From Trypethelium eluteriae (taxonomy: Eukaryota), in assembly GCA_051942245.1 (NCBI GenBank), contig JAVECL010000229.1, forward strand, positions 1 through 34,345: a stretch of 34,345 nt of DNA, written 5' to 3'. How positions within the stretch are numbered: position 1 is the stretch's first letter; each line of letters begins with the position of its first letter. Positions 9,725 to 21,595 of this stretch are shown here, piece by piece. Both the position numbers and the translations under genes were made by a program. The notes beneath the pieces are model-generated. The model saw nothing but the letters and a program-made list of their open reading frames with translations. It was not told the DNA's origin and did no database searches.

Positions 9725-12700
9725 TTTGAGCTTGATGTATCCGGCTGAGCCTAGTCGATGACTGACGAGGCTTCGTAGCTGGAAGATTGCGGAACAAAGT
9801 AAATCTGATGATAAGAGATGATTAGCTTCTGCTTGTTGAGTCATGGCCCTCTAGAGTGTCCCAGAAGATAGGGACATCTCGACTGCATCGTCCACCGCAT
9901 TGCGGCAGCAGATGCTTTGAAGACGACCGTGCTTCTGACGGACCACTCAAAGCAGGACAATCTCCAACCAAAGGGTGGCAAGTGCAATCCATAAGGACAG
10001 CCACCATCAATGGAAAGCACGTGTGCAAAGGTATTTCCTATGCAAGCAGGAGCGATGCAGTACGTACCTTTGGGCTGCTAACAGCTGGTCAGGAAGCGGC
10101 TCGCGAGGTCGCCCTTGCTGCTGCTAGATAGTTGGAAGTGTAGAAAGTGGTCTTGGTGGCAGTGGTGATGAGAGATGCGTGACGTTGGGAAGGAGCAGGG
10201 GCAGAAGAAAAATGCTTGGGCTTTGGGCACTCGCTTATGCAACGTGAGTGCGTCCAGCTGGAGCCTCAGGCCACGAAGTTCTCGCTCTAGCACGAGCGAA
10301 AGACCTCGGACCACCGATATTAAAGGGAAAGACACCATCGATTTGAACGCGCTCTTGTGTGCGGAACTCATGGAGCCCACAAATGTTGGGACTCCGCTTA
10401 GCGGCTGCAGGCCTACTGAGGACACGAACGACGAGCTCGTTTGAGACGCCATTATGGTCCTCATAGACTGCTACTGCTGCTTTTTGGCTTTTCCAAAGGA
10501 CCCACTTCAACCGAGGGAACGCTGCTGGCCAAATTTCGCTTTCGGCCTGACCAACTGATTTTTTTGGTCTTCATGGTGCCTGGAGAGCGTGGAAGCAGGT
10601 AATCAAAGTGATTACTGAGTACTTTACGCGTTGACGAAATTCCAGGCCAGGATTTATATAAGCTCCTTCGCAAGGAATCCTCACTTGACAGCATCCAGTC
10701 CTCGCAAGAGGCCATGGCAGCCTGCTCAGCTGCAACAAAACACGAGGCTTGTCAAATCTTAGGCTTCTTCGTGGAAATATCCACTGCATTGCCTTGCAGT
10801 TGAGACACGAGCTGGACCAGTATTGAAGTATTCACTGAGATCATTCTAAATTGCTCATATGCGGCAACTCTGCTGACCAGATCTTGTCTTGACCTATAAA
10901 ACTCAGTGACAAATTTAAGACCTGAAGTGATGAGTAAGCGATTCCAAGGCAGAAGCAAGGAGGGTTGAGCTATTCTCATGAGCCTATGATCTACTACAAA
11001 CCCGAAACAGTCCTCCTTCGAGTTTTCTGAAAATCAAGAAGCCTTTAAAGACAAGTTTTCTATCAATAAGACCCAAGCTACGACTTAGCTAGCTCCGATT
11101 CACTACTTTAGATTATTGATTGACGACTACGTGTCGCTTAAGGGGCCAGATATAAGGCTGATAAGCCGAACATGACAAATGCCAAGTCTCTCGAATCTCT
11201 GTCGGTGGGCAGTCGCTTTCAACATTGGGTACAATTCGCGACGTCCATTTCAAACTTGGACGCATACGGTTGTTGCGCGATCGACGACAACGCTTAAAAC
11301 CTTGTTGGTCGAGCTCAAAAGGGTACAAGTCTTGGACAATACATTGTCGTGAAGAGTCGCACATCGCCCAGCAGAAGAACTTATGGGGTTATCGTTAGTT
11401 AAGCTCGTCAGGTAAGGCTAGGTCCTAGAGTGTGGCAACGTCAAAGCCCAAGGCAAATAGAGATCACTCAGCGGTTCCGTGAAAGTCGATTCTGATCAGC
11501 ATTGGCAAGATTCTTTACCGAAGCCTTCGAGGAAACACTGCTATTGGTACAAACGGGAGAATTCTTTATCAGCGAACCTGCATATCGAGCCATTTAAAGG
11601 CTTGGTGCAGGCTACGTCTGTGGACTTGGGCAGAAGTGATGATTGGTAACGCTCAGACTTGGACGCTGACAGGCCCAAGAAGCGTTTCCACCATTAATTC
11701 CGACCACATAAATCCTAGACTGTACGATCATTGAGGTCGTTTAATTAAATCTTCAAGATTATGATGCTGATTCAGAGAATGACTCTCCCTCGAGGAACAG
11801 ATTTATCTTTGAGTTGCAGATTCTGTAGACTGAATGACTTGGCAGAAGACTAGGACAGTGAATATTCCTCGCACGGCGGGAAGGCACGTGCAAGATAATT
11901 AGACAGTCGACCAAAGAAATCTTCGTCATCGATTTGATAATGCAGGTATTGGTACCTACTGGATAAGATTGGCAAATTGAAATAAGGCAAAGAGAAGCTT
12001 ACTCTTCGTCGTCCTGAGTTCAGTAGGTGAGGCTGGAAGAGGGAAGTGGTTAGGAAAGATTAGAGGTGGGAGATTTTGAAAGGTGAGAAACAGGCTTGTG
12101 GGGCTTCTAGATCCCTTCTTGTCGTGCGATCTGTTCGTCTATTTGTCATAACCTTGGGGTGTCACAGGGTCCTTTGTGGGATTCCCTGGTTAAAGTCATT
12201 GGTACCCTAGCTCTCTGAATCTTCTCCTGATAGCGAAACCAACAAAGCTCAAACATTACCAAGGGCATCTGATACTTTCTTCATCGGAAATGGTTACGTG
12301 CATGCAGCAGACAAATTCAGCTCCTTGATATAGTCGTATTGAAAATTAAAGCCCTAAATACTTGGAGACGAAGGTACAGTGATATGGATGACGGAACACG
12401 AGAGAGTTGTATCTCCACTGGCCACCGCTATCTGAGGCTTGAGATCTTGCTGGGAACTTTCCAGCTATAGAAAGAGAAATAGGATATACTGCAATAGGCA
12501 GCCTTCTTGGTTCACACATCTTTCACTCCTGCATTTGCTCTCTTTCTACCCTCTTAAGCCCCTATAGCTGAAGCTAGGTGACCAATGAATTCTGTCACTC
12601 TCTGGTGAGATGAAGGGGCTAATTACAAAACAAGTAAAACACATGTCTATATTCGTAAAACTTCAGAAGGGTATATAAACATAGATCGGGCTTGTGAAGT

Positions 12701-13178
12701 CGTTGAATCTATTATGATATTGTCTGGCGTTCAGCCATGATCGTGAACAAACGTTGACGTACGAAACGTGAGGTGCTGATGTAGCTGTGGGGATTGAAAG
12801 CTGAAGAGCGTTCAAATTTGGAGAATTTCAGGCATTTTTCATTAAAACGTGCAAAGAAGCATGAAAACTGATTATTGTGATGGAAAATGTGAAGGATTTC
12901 GTCGGTTGAGTAGGTTGTGACAAAGAGTTGAATGAAAATTTGGATAAAAGCTCGAACGCTGCCGCGCTGCGCTCATGCATATGCAAAAGAACGTTGCCAC
13001 ACATATGTCATCGTAAAATTGTGATGAGATAGTCAACGGTACCTATCTGATGTCTCGGGGTGTTTATGTGCAGTCTGAGGCTTCTCCTTTTTGGAAAGGC
13101 CAAAGCCGCACCGATATTCGAATATCGTCCTAGAGGTCCGGATAAAGAGATGGAAGAAAGCAAGCAGAAGTGTGGGTA

Positions 13179-15626
13179 TCACATGTGTACTCCAACCTCA
13201 ACAAGAGCAATCTAGAGCGCGTTAGTGAATCGGCGCTTGGTGTTCTCATCCACCACACTCACGATAACGCCAATGACGACCAGTCCCACCACACTCATTA
13301 TTCGATTAGCCCACCGCCACCATTTTGCCTTCTGGTACTTTCTCTCCTCCAGACTTCCCACCTCCTGCACAATCGCCGCCTCCACGTCCAACTGACTCCT
13401 CGTTTGTGGACCACCTCCACTCAATCCCCTCCGGATCTCGCTCATCTCCGCCTCCCGCAACTTCGGCAGCGGCAGCACCGCCCCCACCATCCAGGCTAGC
13501 GGGAAGAGGAAGCCCATAGCAAAGAGTACCACTTGTCGGCCCTCGGGGCTCCACACCCAGTTCCAGCCTGCGCCGACTTCCTCCAGGCTCGGAGCTCGCC
13601 ATGCGCTCAAGCGGTATGCGCTGCGCCGCGAGATCCCAGTTGCGGTACTGCGGCGATCAGGTCGGAGATGTGGGGAGAAAGGATGAGAGACACGGCGCGC
13701 TTCGAGAGGGCGCAAGACCGAGAGACGCTCATGGGCGGGTTGGGTCGGTGGTGTTTCAGTAATGGCAAGGGAGTCGCGTTCGCGGTGGGGATTGGAGCCG
13801 AGAGCTTCGGCGTGGGAGCCGTGTACGGGCCTGGACGGAGATTTTGAAGGGGTCGGGCCGGCAGGGGAAGAGGGGTCGCCTTCAGTGGTGCTGATATCTT
13901 CGTCGGGAGGAGTGGCCGGAATTTGGACGTGGGGGCGCTTGCGTGGATGGAAGATGCTGAGGGGCAAATTGCTGGCGTCGGGAGAGCCGGAGCGGTCAGT
14001 GTTGGCAGTATTAAGGCGATTCGAGGCGAGGGATGTACTGCTGGAGTTGGGTAGACCAGTGATGATGAGGGAAGTGCGCTCGCCGAGACTGTAGTAACGT
14101 TTGGCCCAGTCAGGGAGTGTGGCGGCAACATAGCTTCCATAAGAACTGCGTCGGCTTTGATAATCGCTAAGGGCGGACTCGGGTCGAAGTAGGGGATCGG
14201 AATGTCGCAGAAGGGAGCCAGAATGATGCGTGCGCATGTATGGAGAGGATAGCTCGCCTACAGTGTCGTGATGCTCTTCGTGGTCTTGCCGTACGGGTTG
14301 CTTCCCTAACCGACGGTCCAAATCTCCAAATTCCTCGGGAGTGGCGTTGAGCATAAAGGAGGATCCAAGACTGCCGCGTGTACGCCGCCTTTCGATGGGC
14401 GAGCTGCCTTGTGTTGTAACCCCTGAGCCTTCCGTGAAGGCCCGCTCTGACTCCGACGGGATGGTAGACAACGGTCGAGTCCCCCATGGTGGATGCGCAG
14501 CGGGTCGCTCGTTCATTCGGGTTGAGCGGCGCTTAGGAATGTTTATGGGTGGCGGCGTTTCGTTTTCGACACTCGCCCATGAACCAGCTGTCGAGGGAGG
14601 CTTGACGGTTGGATACTGAACGCGAACACCACTATTGAGCGTGGCCTGTAAAGCAGCATGCCAGGGGGCAGAAGGGTTCGAAAATGAGCGAAGTCGCTCA
14701 ATCGATGCTTTTGAAAGTAGGGTCCGAGAAGCGATGGATTCGGCAGACCTTTTGAGAATTGGTCGAGGATAGGCGACGGGAGTAGTGATGGAGCGCTGAG
14801 ACCCCCGGGATCTTGCGGTCAATGGACGGCTTGGATTGCGTTCTGATATTACGAGTGAAGTTGCGCTTGCGCCAGCATCTGCATCTAGTGATCCGGCCGG
14901 GTTCGCTTGGTGGTGCGGACGGGTGGTCAGGGTGTCGAGAGTGTCGGATGAAGCAAAAGAGGTGTCAGAAGCTCGCGAGGACAATTCTTGATCAAGCTTG
15001 GATATTAGGGAGGGAAGAATGGGGCGTATATCAGCTGGTATAGCAGCGGTGTCGTCCCCCTCATTCTCATCTTGTACGCTAGTATCGAGTTGTACATTTG
15101 CCGGAGCTGAATGGCGCAAGGACGGGGCAGAGGGGAATCTGCTTGATGACGGTGAATAGGAAGGACCCTGGTCATGCCGGGAACCAGTGTCAGAGGGAAT
15201 CGCAGGCGTCGATCCGCTGATGGAGGTTTTGGGGTGTAGTGGTGCCGGGAAGAGGGAATCTATTCGCAGGGAGGAGGCTGGCGGGTTCGGAGGAGGTGCA
15301 GCATCTGAAACGTGACGATCCCTGTCCTGAGGCACGCGCTTGTGAGACGAACCTGGAGGCAAGACATGAGAGGGCTTGCTCGGAAATGGATTCTTGGAAT
15401 AGATAGGCGAGTCCGGTTCATCGACTGGCTCCGGATATTTCACTAAGCGAATAGTTGGATGTTCGTTTGTCTCTGAATCCGTGCGCTCATGAAGGGGCTT
15501 TCGTTTCGATGGGGAACTGTGCTGCGAACGCTTGGGCGATGGCGACCTCGGCTTGCTAGTAACTGACAGGGAGGAATGCGAGGACATAGGAGATATCCGG
15601 ACGCCGTATTGATACAAATCGTGCAT
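13179..15626 (-). CDS. Ser/Pro-rich, largely disordered protein with C-terminal transmembrane segments; function unknown
   Basis: Long ORF 13263-15626 (alternative start ATG 15587). Intron 13212-13262 (GTGAGT..CTAAC..TAG) adds last exon 13179-13211 (IALVEVGVHM*). Hydrophobic segments RQVVLFAMGFLFPLAWMVGAVLPLP and WWRWANRIMSVVGLVVIGVIIALV. Confidence 0.85.
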
Positions 15627-16483
15627 GAGTAAAAGGAAGGAAGAAGAGGGGAGTCATTAGTAAAATTATCGGTAAGAAGGATCGTGGTATGTCATGAAAA
15701 CGAGCGACGAGAGTATATAAAGGTTTGGAAAAGATTGGACGTCAACGAATGACAAGAAGCGAGGACAGCAGCATGTCGGAAAAGCGACAGAGGCCAGCAG
15801 AGGGGGTGAAGTTGGCCGTCTCGCAGTGCCAGAGAAGACTTAAAAGGGAGAGAAATAATAGGAGTTGATAGTTCAGTACGGTGCATGCAGGCGGTCTGCG
15901 ATGACGCCTCTCGTTCGTCCAGGCAAGCAGGGTCCGGGCGCGGCAGCTTGCGTGCTCAGTTCCTTGGTGCGATCAGGCCCACTGGTCGAGAGTGCGAGGA
16001 TAACGTTGTGAAAATCGAGTTTCCAGACGATGGGGACTGAGATGGACGACGAACTGCTGATATTATGCGCTCCATCTTCCCGGAGCTGCGCTTGGTGCTC
16101 TGTACGGAGTACTCAGGTATCTGTCCAGGTTGCACTTCCACGAACAAGAGCCGCCATCGATAGGAGAGCCTGGGCTTGCGAACATGCGCGGAGATTAAAA
16201 TAAAATATGGGCGTCTGTGGCTAATCTTTTTGCCTCATCTGGCTTAGGAGATGGGAAAATGTACAGAGGAGATTGGCGGCCAAGGCGGTCAGGATACCGG
16301 GATGCCGGGATTACCGGGGTACGCGTTCGACGCGTTTTGCTCCATCCCTTGTTCCTTCTAGGTACGGAGTACAGCAAGCCAGGAGGGCAATTAACCACCT
16401 AACGCTGGCCAGCGAACGATCTCTCGCGCCACGCTCCTATCTGTTGCCGCGATCGTCGCGCACGACAGGCTGCTAGGATCCTG

Positions 16484-17992
16484 ATGGCGCCAATTCTGAA
16501 CAAGAGTAGGGAAGTGCTGGAGAGGTTGCGGAAGCATCGTACCCAAGCACTCGCTGCACTCCAAGGACCAGGTACGTCGTCGCTTCATTGGACATCGTTG
16601 GCGCTCGTGCCAGAAGCTCCAACCGCGCTGCATCTTGACGTGGAGAGCCTCCCACCACCAATTCTGCCTGGGCATTCGCTGTGGCGCAGACCACCCTATC
16701 ACCATTTCTATGCTGATGCCTTTGCCAGTGCACCAAGATCCTGCAATTTCATCGTCTTCTGCCACCCTGCTCTCTGTAAGTTTCTCTTCATAAAAATGTT
16801 GTGCATGATCATGATTATGTGTTTTCAATTGCGCAATTTTGTGGGTAGGCAAGAGGAGTTCAAGGACTTCTAAGCACTGATGCTAGAAAAATGACATTGT
16901 GAAGATGTGTATTCATTCCATGCTAATGACATGGCTCTAGGTGATCTTGACCATCCTGTTTGTCCTTCCTCTCTATGCTTCACCGACAACTCGCCCTTCT
17001 CAAACTCTCACTCGTGATGCGCCCTCCGTGATTAAAGCCCGGATTCGAGCTCTCGCCTTCTCCTGCTGCGTCAGTGCCTTAGTAACCATCTTCATCACAT
17101 CATACTATGGAGGGGCAAGCATTCGAGATACCTTCCATCTACTCGGCTGGTGGCCCATCAACCTACTGGATATCGTGAGATCCCTCTTGCTCGTCGCTAT
17201 CCTCTTCGCGGGTCCCCTCTTCGAATCCGGTGTTGTCGACGGCCAACTTCAGCACTGGCTAAGTGGAAGCACTTGCCGTGACATGCCTAGCTCCTGGATC
17301 GGAATTCGCAACTACGTTGCCGTACGTGTTGCCCCTTCCGAATTCTTTCTTCCTCGATTGCATGCACACCCTTCCTCCACCCCGAATTCCATATACTCAC
17401 CACTCAACAGGGCCCCATGACAGAAGAAGTGCTCTTCCGCTCCCTCCTTAGCCCCTTGCACCTCCTCTCTCTCCCCTCTCCCGCCCCTCCATCTTCCGTC
17501 CGGCCCCTGATCTTCACTCTCCCTCTTTACTTCGGCATCGCCCACATCCATCACCTCTACGAGTTCCGCTTACGTCACCCCTCCGAGCCCGTTTCTCTCT
17601 CCCTCTTGCGCGTACTGCTCCAGTTCAGTTACACCTCCGTCTTCGGCTTTATCGCTGAATTCGTGTTTCTGAGGACAGGCAGTTTGCTCGCGTGTGTGCT
17701 GGCGCATGCATTTTGCAATGCAATGGGCTTGCCGAGGGTGTGGGGACAGGTTGGGGAGCAGGAAGGTAATGGGCTGGATGAGTTGGCCGGCGATGAGGGG
17801 GAGGTGGTGATTGGGCCGCCCGAGGGGGAGCGAAAGAAGAAAGACGAGCCTTTGGTGACGAAGAAGGCGAGTGTGAGCTTGAGCGTGGCTTGGACTGTAG
17901 CATACTATGCCTTGCTCGTAGGGGGTGCAGCAGCGTTTTGGACACTGTTATACCCGCTGACGGATAGTAAGTTGGCTCTGAGTACGCTTTGA
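16484..17992 (+). CDS. RCE1: CaaX prenyl protease 2 (Rce1, Abi/CPBP family), ~365 aa
   Basis: Exons 16484-16571, 16729-16775, 16941-17321, 17411-17992 join in frame. Motifs RDAPSVIKARI, LFAGPL, RNYVAGPMTEEVLFR (catalytic EE), FGIAHIHH, HAFCNAMGLP. The 5' exon structure is less certain. Confidence 0.9.
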
Positions 17993-19377
17993 GGAAAACG
18001 ATATCCGGAATAGATCCAACTATTTTAGAGCCCGTGTTCTTTGCTTTGCCCTGTTTGCATTGTTTCATTTCCTAACACTCTTGGTGTTGAGTACTCAGAG
18101 CTCGCTTGACACGTCTGTGGCTTATGTGGCTGTATGATCAATCGCTTTGAATGAGATTCTTTCCCTCCATCCGCTTGCTTTGTGTAAAGCCATTCAAAGC
18201 ATCTTACTAGGATCGAGCTGCCCTTATGTGCCCACCTTCCACTCGAAACTCGAAGCGCAGTTCTCCTCTATATTCTCTAGAATCTAGAGCTCGAAAAGAA
18301 TCGTTCTACGACGAGACAATTGAGGTATGCGTCATCTCTTTGGAAATTTCACTCCATCCCGCTCGAAACGCCCGGCGTGAGGACAGCAGCGTTTTCATGT
18401 TCTGCCTACGCTCTGAGAGTCGCAGATGTCTGCCGTGGTACCTACCTAATCTTACCGTCAGACCTGATGCAATCAAGTGCACTTCCTCTCAGGTCTTCGC
18501 CACAATCGACTTCCTTTTCGTACGGAAAATACACACCATAGTCTTATTGAACCGAAAGAGAGAGCGCTTGCACAAAAGAACCGGCTGTCAGAATTCAGCG
18601 CTCAGGACAAGCTTAACGTAGGCTTGTCGCGACACACATCTCCATGGAATTGTGTGCATAGCAAAGATACTTATTTTCTCACCCGTCGCGATGCTTCTAT
18701 CGCTATGTACGGATGTGCTCTTCGGCATCCTCTTCACTACCTTTCCCATCCTATTCCAGGCCCAGTATGGTTCCGTTGCCGGCTTGTAGGACTGGCTTAC
18801 CTGGATTTCAGTATCGGCATGATGAGCGACGAACTCCCTAGCAAAAAGAAGGGCGGCAGCATTGCTCACCCGCAGGAGCACCTGAATCCAATGAAGTGGC
18901 CTGCTCCTACTATCCCCTTAGATGCTCCCTCTGTAGGTAACATGCAAAACACGGGCTTCATTGGATTGTTTAAATCCGGACACGTCTGCGATCGGGCTCG
19001 GCGTATTTTCTGTCGTTATGCCGGCGTAGGTTCATCTGGCCGATGACTTTGGAGCTCAGGCCGCGTCTTCTCCTCTTACAGCGAATCTGATTGTTCGGAT
19101 CTTTTCCTATACTCCGCTGATCTCTGCCGCTCTTCCATACGTGCGCGAATGGGTCTGGGGTGGGAAAATAGCATGTCGGGGTGCACCTGCCTTGGCTTTA
19201 CGTCTTTGCCCTCGCCTTTCAATTGGTATGGCGAGCCCTGGGTACTCACTCCGCACTGAAGCTAGAAGAGCCGCAGTTTACAATTTCTTGGACTTGAGGA
19301 TTACATTACGTCGGCAAATTTCAGTCAAGTTGGTGTTCTTATGAAGCGGACTTTGAAATCTTGTCTGATAAACTCCA

Positions 19378-20409
19378 TTAAGAGCAAAGGTTCTCCCGTA
19401 GAAATTCCGCCTGTACCATGCTGTTCTTCTCAAAGTTAGGACCCGAATAACCATCGAAATGACCTCCTTTGAGAATATGCAGACGCTTAGGTTCGAACGC
19501 ACGCGAATACGCTTCCAGAGAAATGTCCGTTGGAGTCAAAGTGTCATTCTCAGCTATCGTCATCAGCAATGGCGTTGGAGAAACATGATGGATGTGCGCA
19601 GATGGGTTGTATTCGCGAAATGCTTCGATGCTGAGCCACGGATCATTAGCTGCTGGACTAAGCGTGGATGCGTACTGAAGGTTAAGTTCAGAGTTGACGT
19701 ACGACTTCACAGTCACCTCATTCTTCCAGTTACTCTTCTCTGCCCATGCGGTAAAGAATTCAAAACTATCAGGCGTCGGCAGCGCTGACGGCTTGTGGGC
19801 GTCTGCATCGACCACGGGAATCACGCCGGCTGGTTTTCCCGCCGCTCGGGCAAGACGATCTATCAGATTTTCTTAGTTATGTGCCTCTCTAAAAGCCAAA
19901 TACGGACCATCCTGGAAAAGCTGGTTCATGCCTGGAACAAAGTCCGGTCGGACCAGGCGATGGAAGTTTGCCCAGCCGTCGACGCACGGGACTTGACAAA
20001 GGACTGCCTTAACTCTTCGATCAACAGCACCAACCCATAACACATGACCTCCACTATAAGAGCTCCCCCAGATTCCAATCTTGTCCTTGTTCACATCAGT
20101 CCTTGATTGAGCGTAGGTAATAGCATCTGAATAATCGCTCGTTTGATGTGCCGGTATGATCTCATGGCGAGGCTGACCCTCTTGAGAGTCGCTATCACCA
20201 AATCCACGATTGTCATACACCAAGCACATCAGGGGAAGAGTAGAAGAAAAGTGCTCCGCAAATTGGTCCAGATCCATCTCTTTCAACGCGGAAAAGCCAT
20301 GGGCCATCACCAAACATGGAAGAGCCGACGAGACAGCAGCAGGTTTGTAGAACCAACCACGCAGTGTCACATTGTCAGAAGTTTGAAATGAGATGTCTTC
20401 GCGAGGCAT
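19378..20409 (-). CDS. Alpha/beta hydrolase (peptidase S15/CocE-like; af380/thiohydrolase-like), ~303 aa
   Basis: Exons 19908-20409, 19703-19859, 19378-19630; introns 19860-19907 and 19631-19702. VMAHGFSALKEM, YDNRGFGDS, nucleophile elbow WGSSYSGG, acid in AENDTL, His in GGHF. Confidence 0.9.
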
Positions 20410-21595
20410 AGTAATAGACAAAGATTTGGAGAGCTACAATATGGATTGAAACGGATACAATTGCAAGAAGGCCAACGACCTTGAGCGTTGCAGCATCAAG
20501 AGCCTGTCATCTCGGTCGGTACCGTGCCTCAAGCAGCAACTTCAGTATGATGTGAGAGATATATCTCGAGCACAACCTTTGAGCGACTGGATGGAAAGCG
20601 GGGGGATTTAGATAGGAGGTGTGTCACACCGGCGCCTTTTCTTTCCGGGCTTTCTTCCAGTATCCGTCATGCCACTTCTTAGTCGGCTCACCTTCTTTTG
20701 GCTTCCTCATTAGAAGTCGAGCTGCCCCTCATCGTAGTCCCCAATTCATGAGCCCGTCTATATAGTGCCAGTGTACCTTTGGTGGATCAGGGTATTGTGC
20801 ATAGCGTACTGAATAAGGATCATGGTAGCTCTCCGTCCGACTAAAAGGTGGCCGGTTTTGACACACTGACCAACGATACACATAATAATAATAACAACGA
20901 CTTTTCCACACTCCTACACTTCCTACAAGTCTCGTAACATTTCTATATAACAGCTTTGAGATATTACACAAGATTCGTAAAGTGAATAGGCAAATAGGCC
21001 AGCATTGAAACATCAAGGTGAGTGAGATGAGAGATCTTGGGTTGTGGTGGTTTGTTAATTTCGCACACCTTCTAGTCAGACGTAGAGATAGGTACCTTAC
21101 CGATGATGAACTTGAGATAAAAGGGGTGATCTGTACACAAGCCACCCCCACGTAATCAAATCCTACGGCTACCTAGGACTTTGTTTCTGTAGCTTACGCA
21201 GATACTGCAGAGTAGCAAATCAAGGACGAGGAACACGTACTGAACATGCAAGACCCTCTCTTGTGAACGCTTCGAAGAATGTGAGAGTGTATCCGAGGGT
21301 CCTATGTACTTGGTAACCTCGAGCCCTGAAAACTGCACATTGAATTGGACTATCTGTACAGCCGTAGGTATCAAGCGTGCTAATAACGCATTTCAATAAT
21401 CATCAATGCTCCAGTAAAAATGATGTCCTAACTCATGATAACGCCGTCAGACCCAGCAGAACGCCCCTAATATATCCTTTCCTATCCTTTCCTTGCAATT
21501 CTGTGGCCCAAAAATCTAGAGACGCCCAACCAATAGTTTCGCTTCATTCGTGAATCCATCTTCTTCTATTCCACGTCTGTATTATCATCACCCTT

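Noticed and set aside
10927..11030. GTGATGA...CTGA box C/D-like pair (a second GTGATGA at 11636)
   Set aside because: No terminal stem and no rRNA-complementary guide of adequate length recognised; expected by chance.
18226..19046. Overlapping 131-aa and 189-aa plus-strand ORFs
   Set aside because: Atypical composition, no domain, and a non-ATG start for the longer ORF; treated as intergenic.
21150..21160. ACGTAATCAA, similar to a Fot1/pogo TIR start
   Set aside because: Not preceded by TA, no partner inverted repeat and no transposase remnant.
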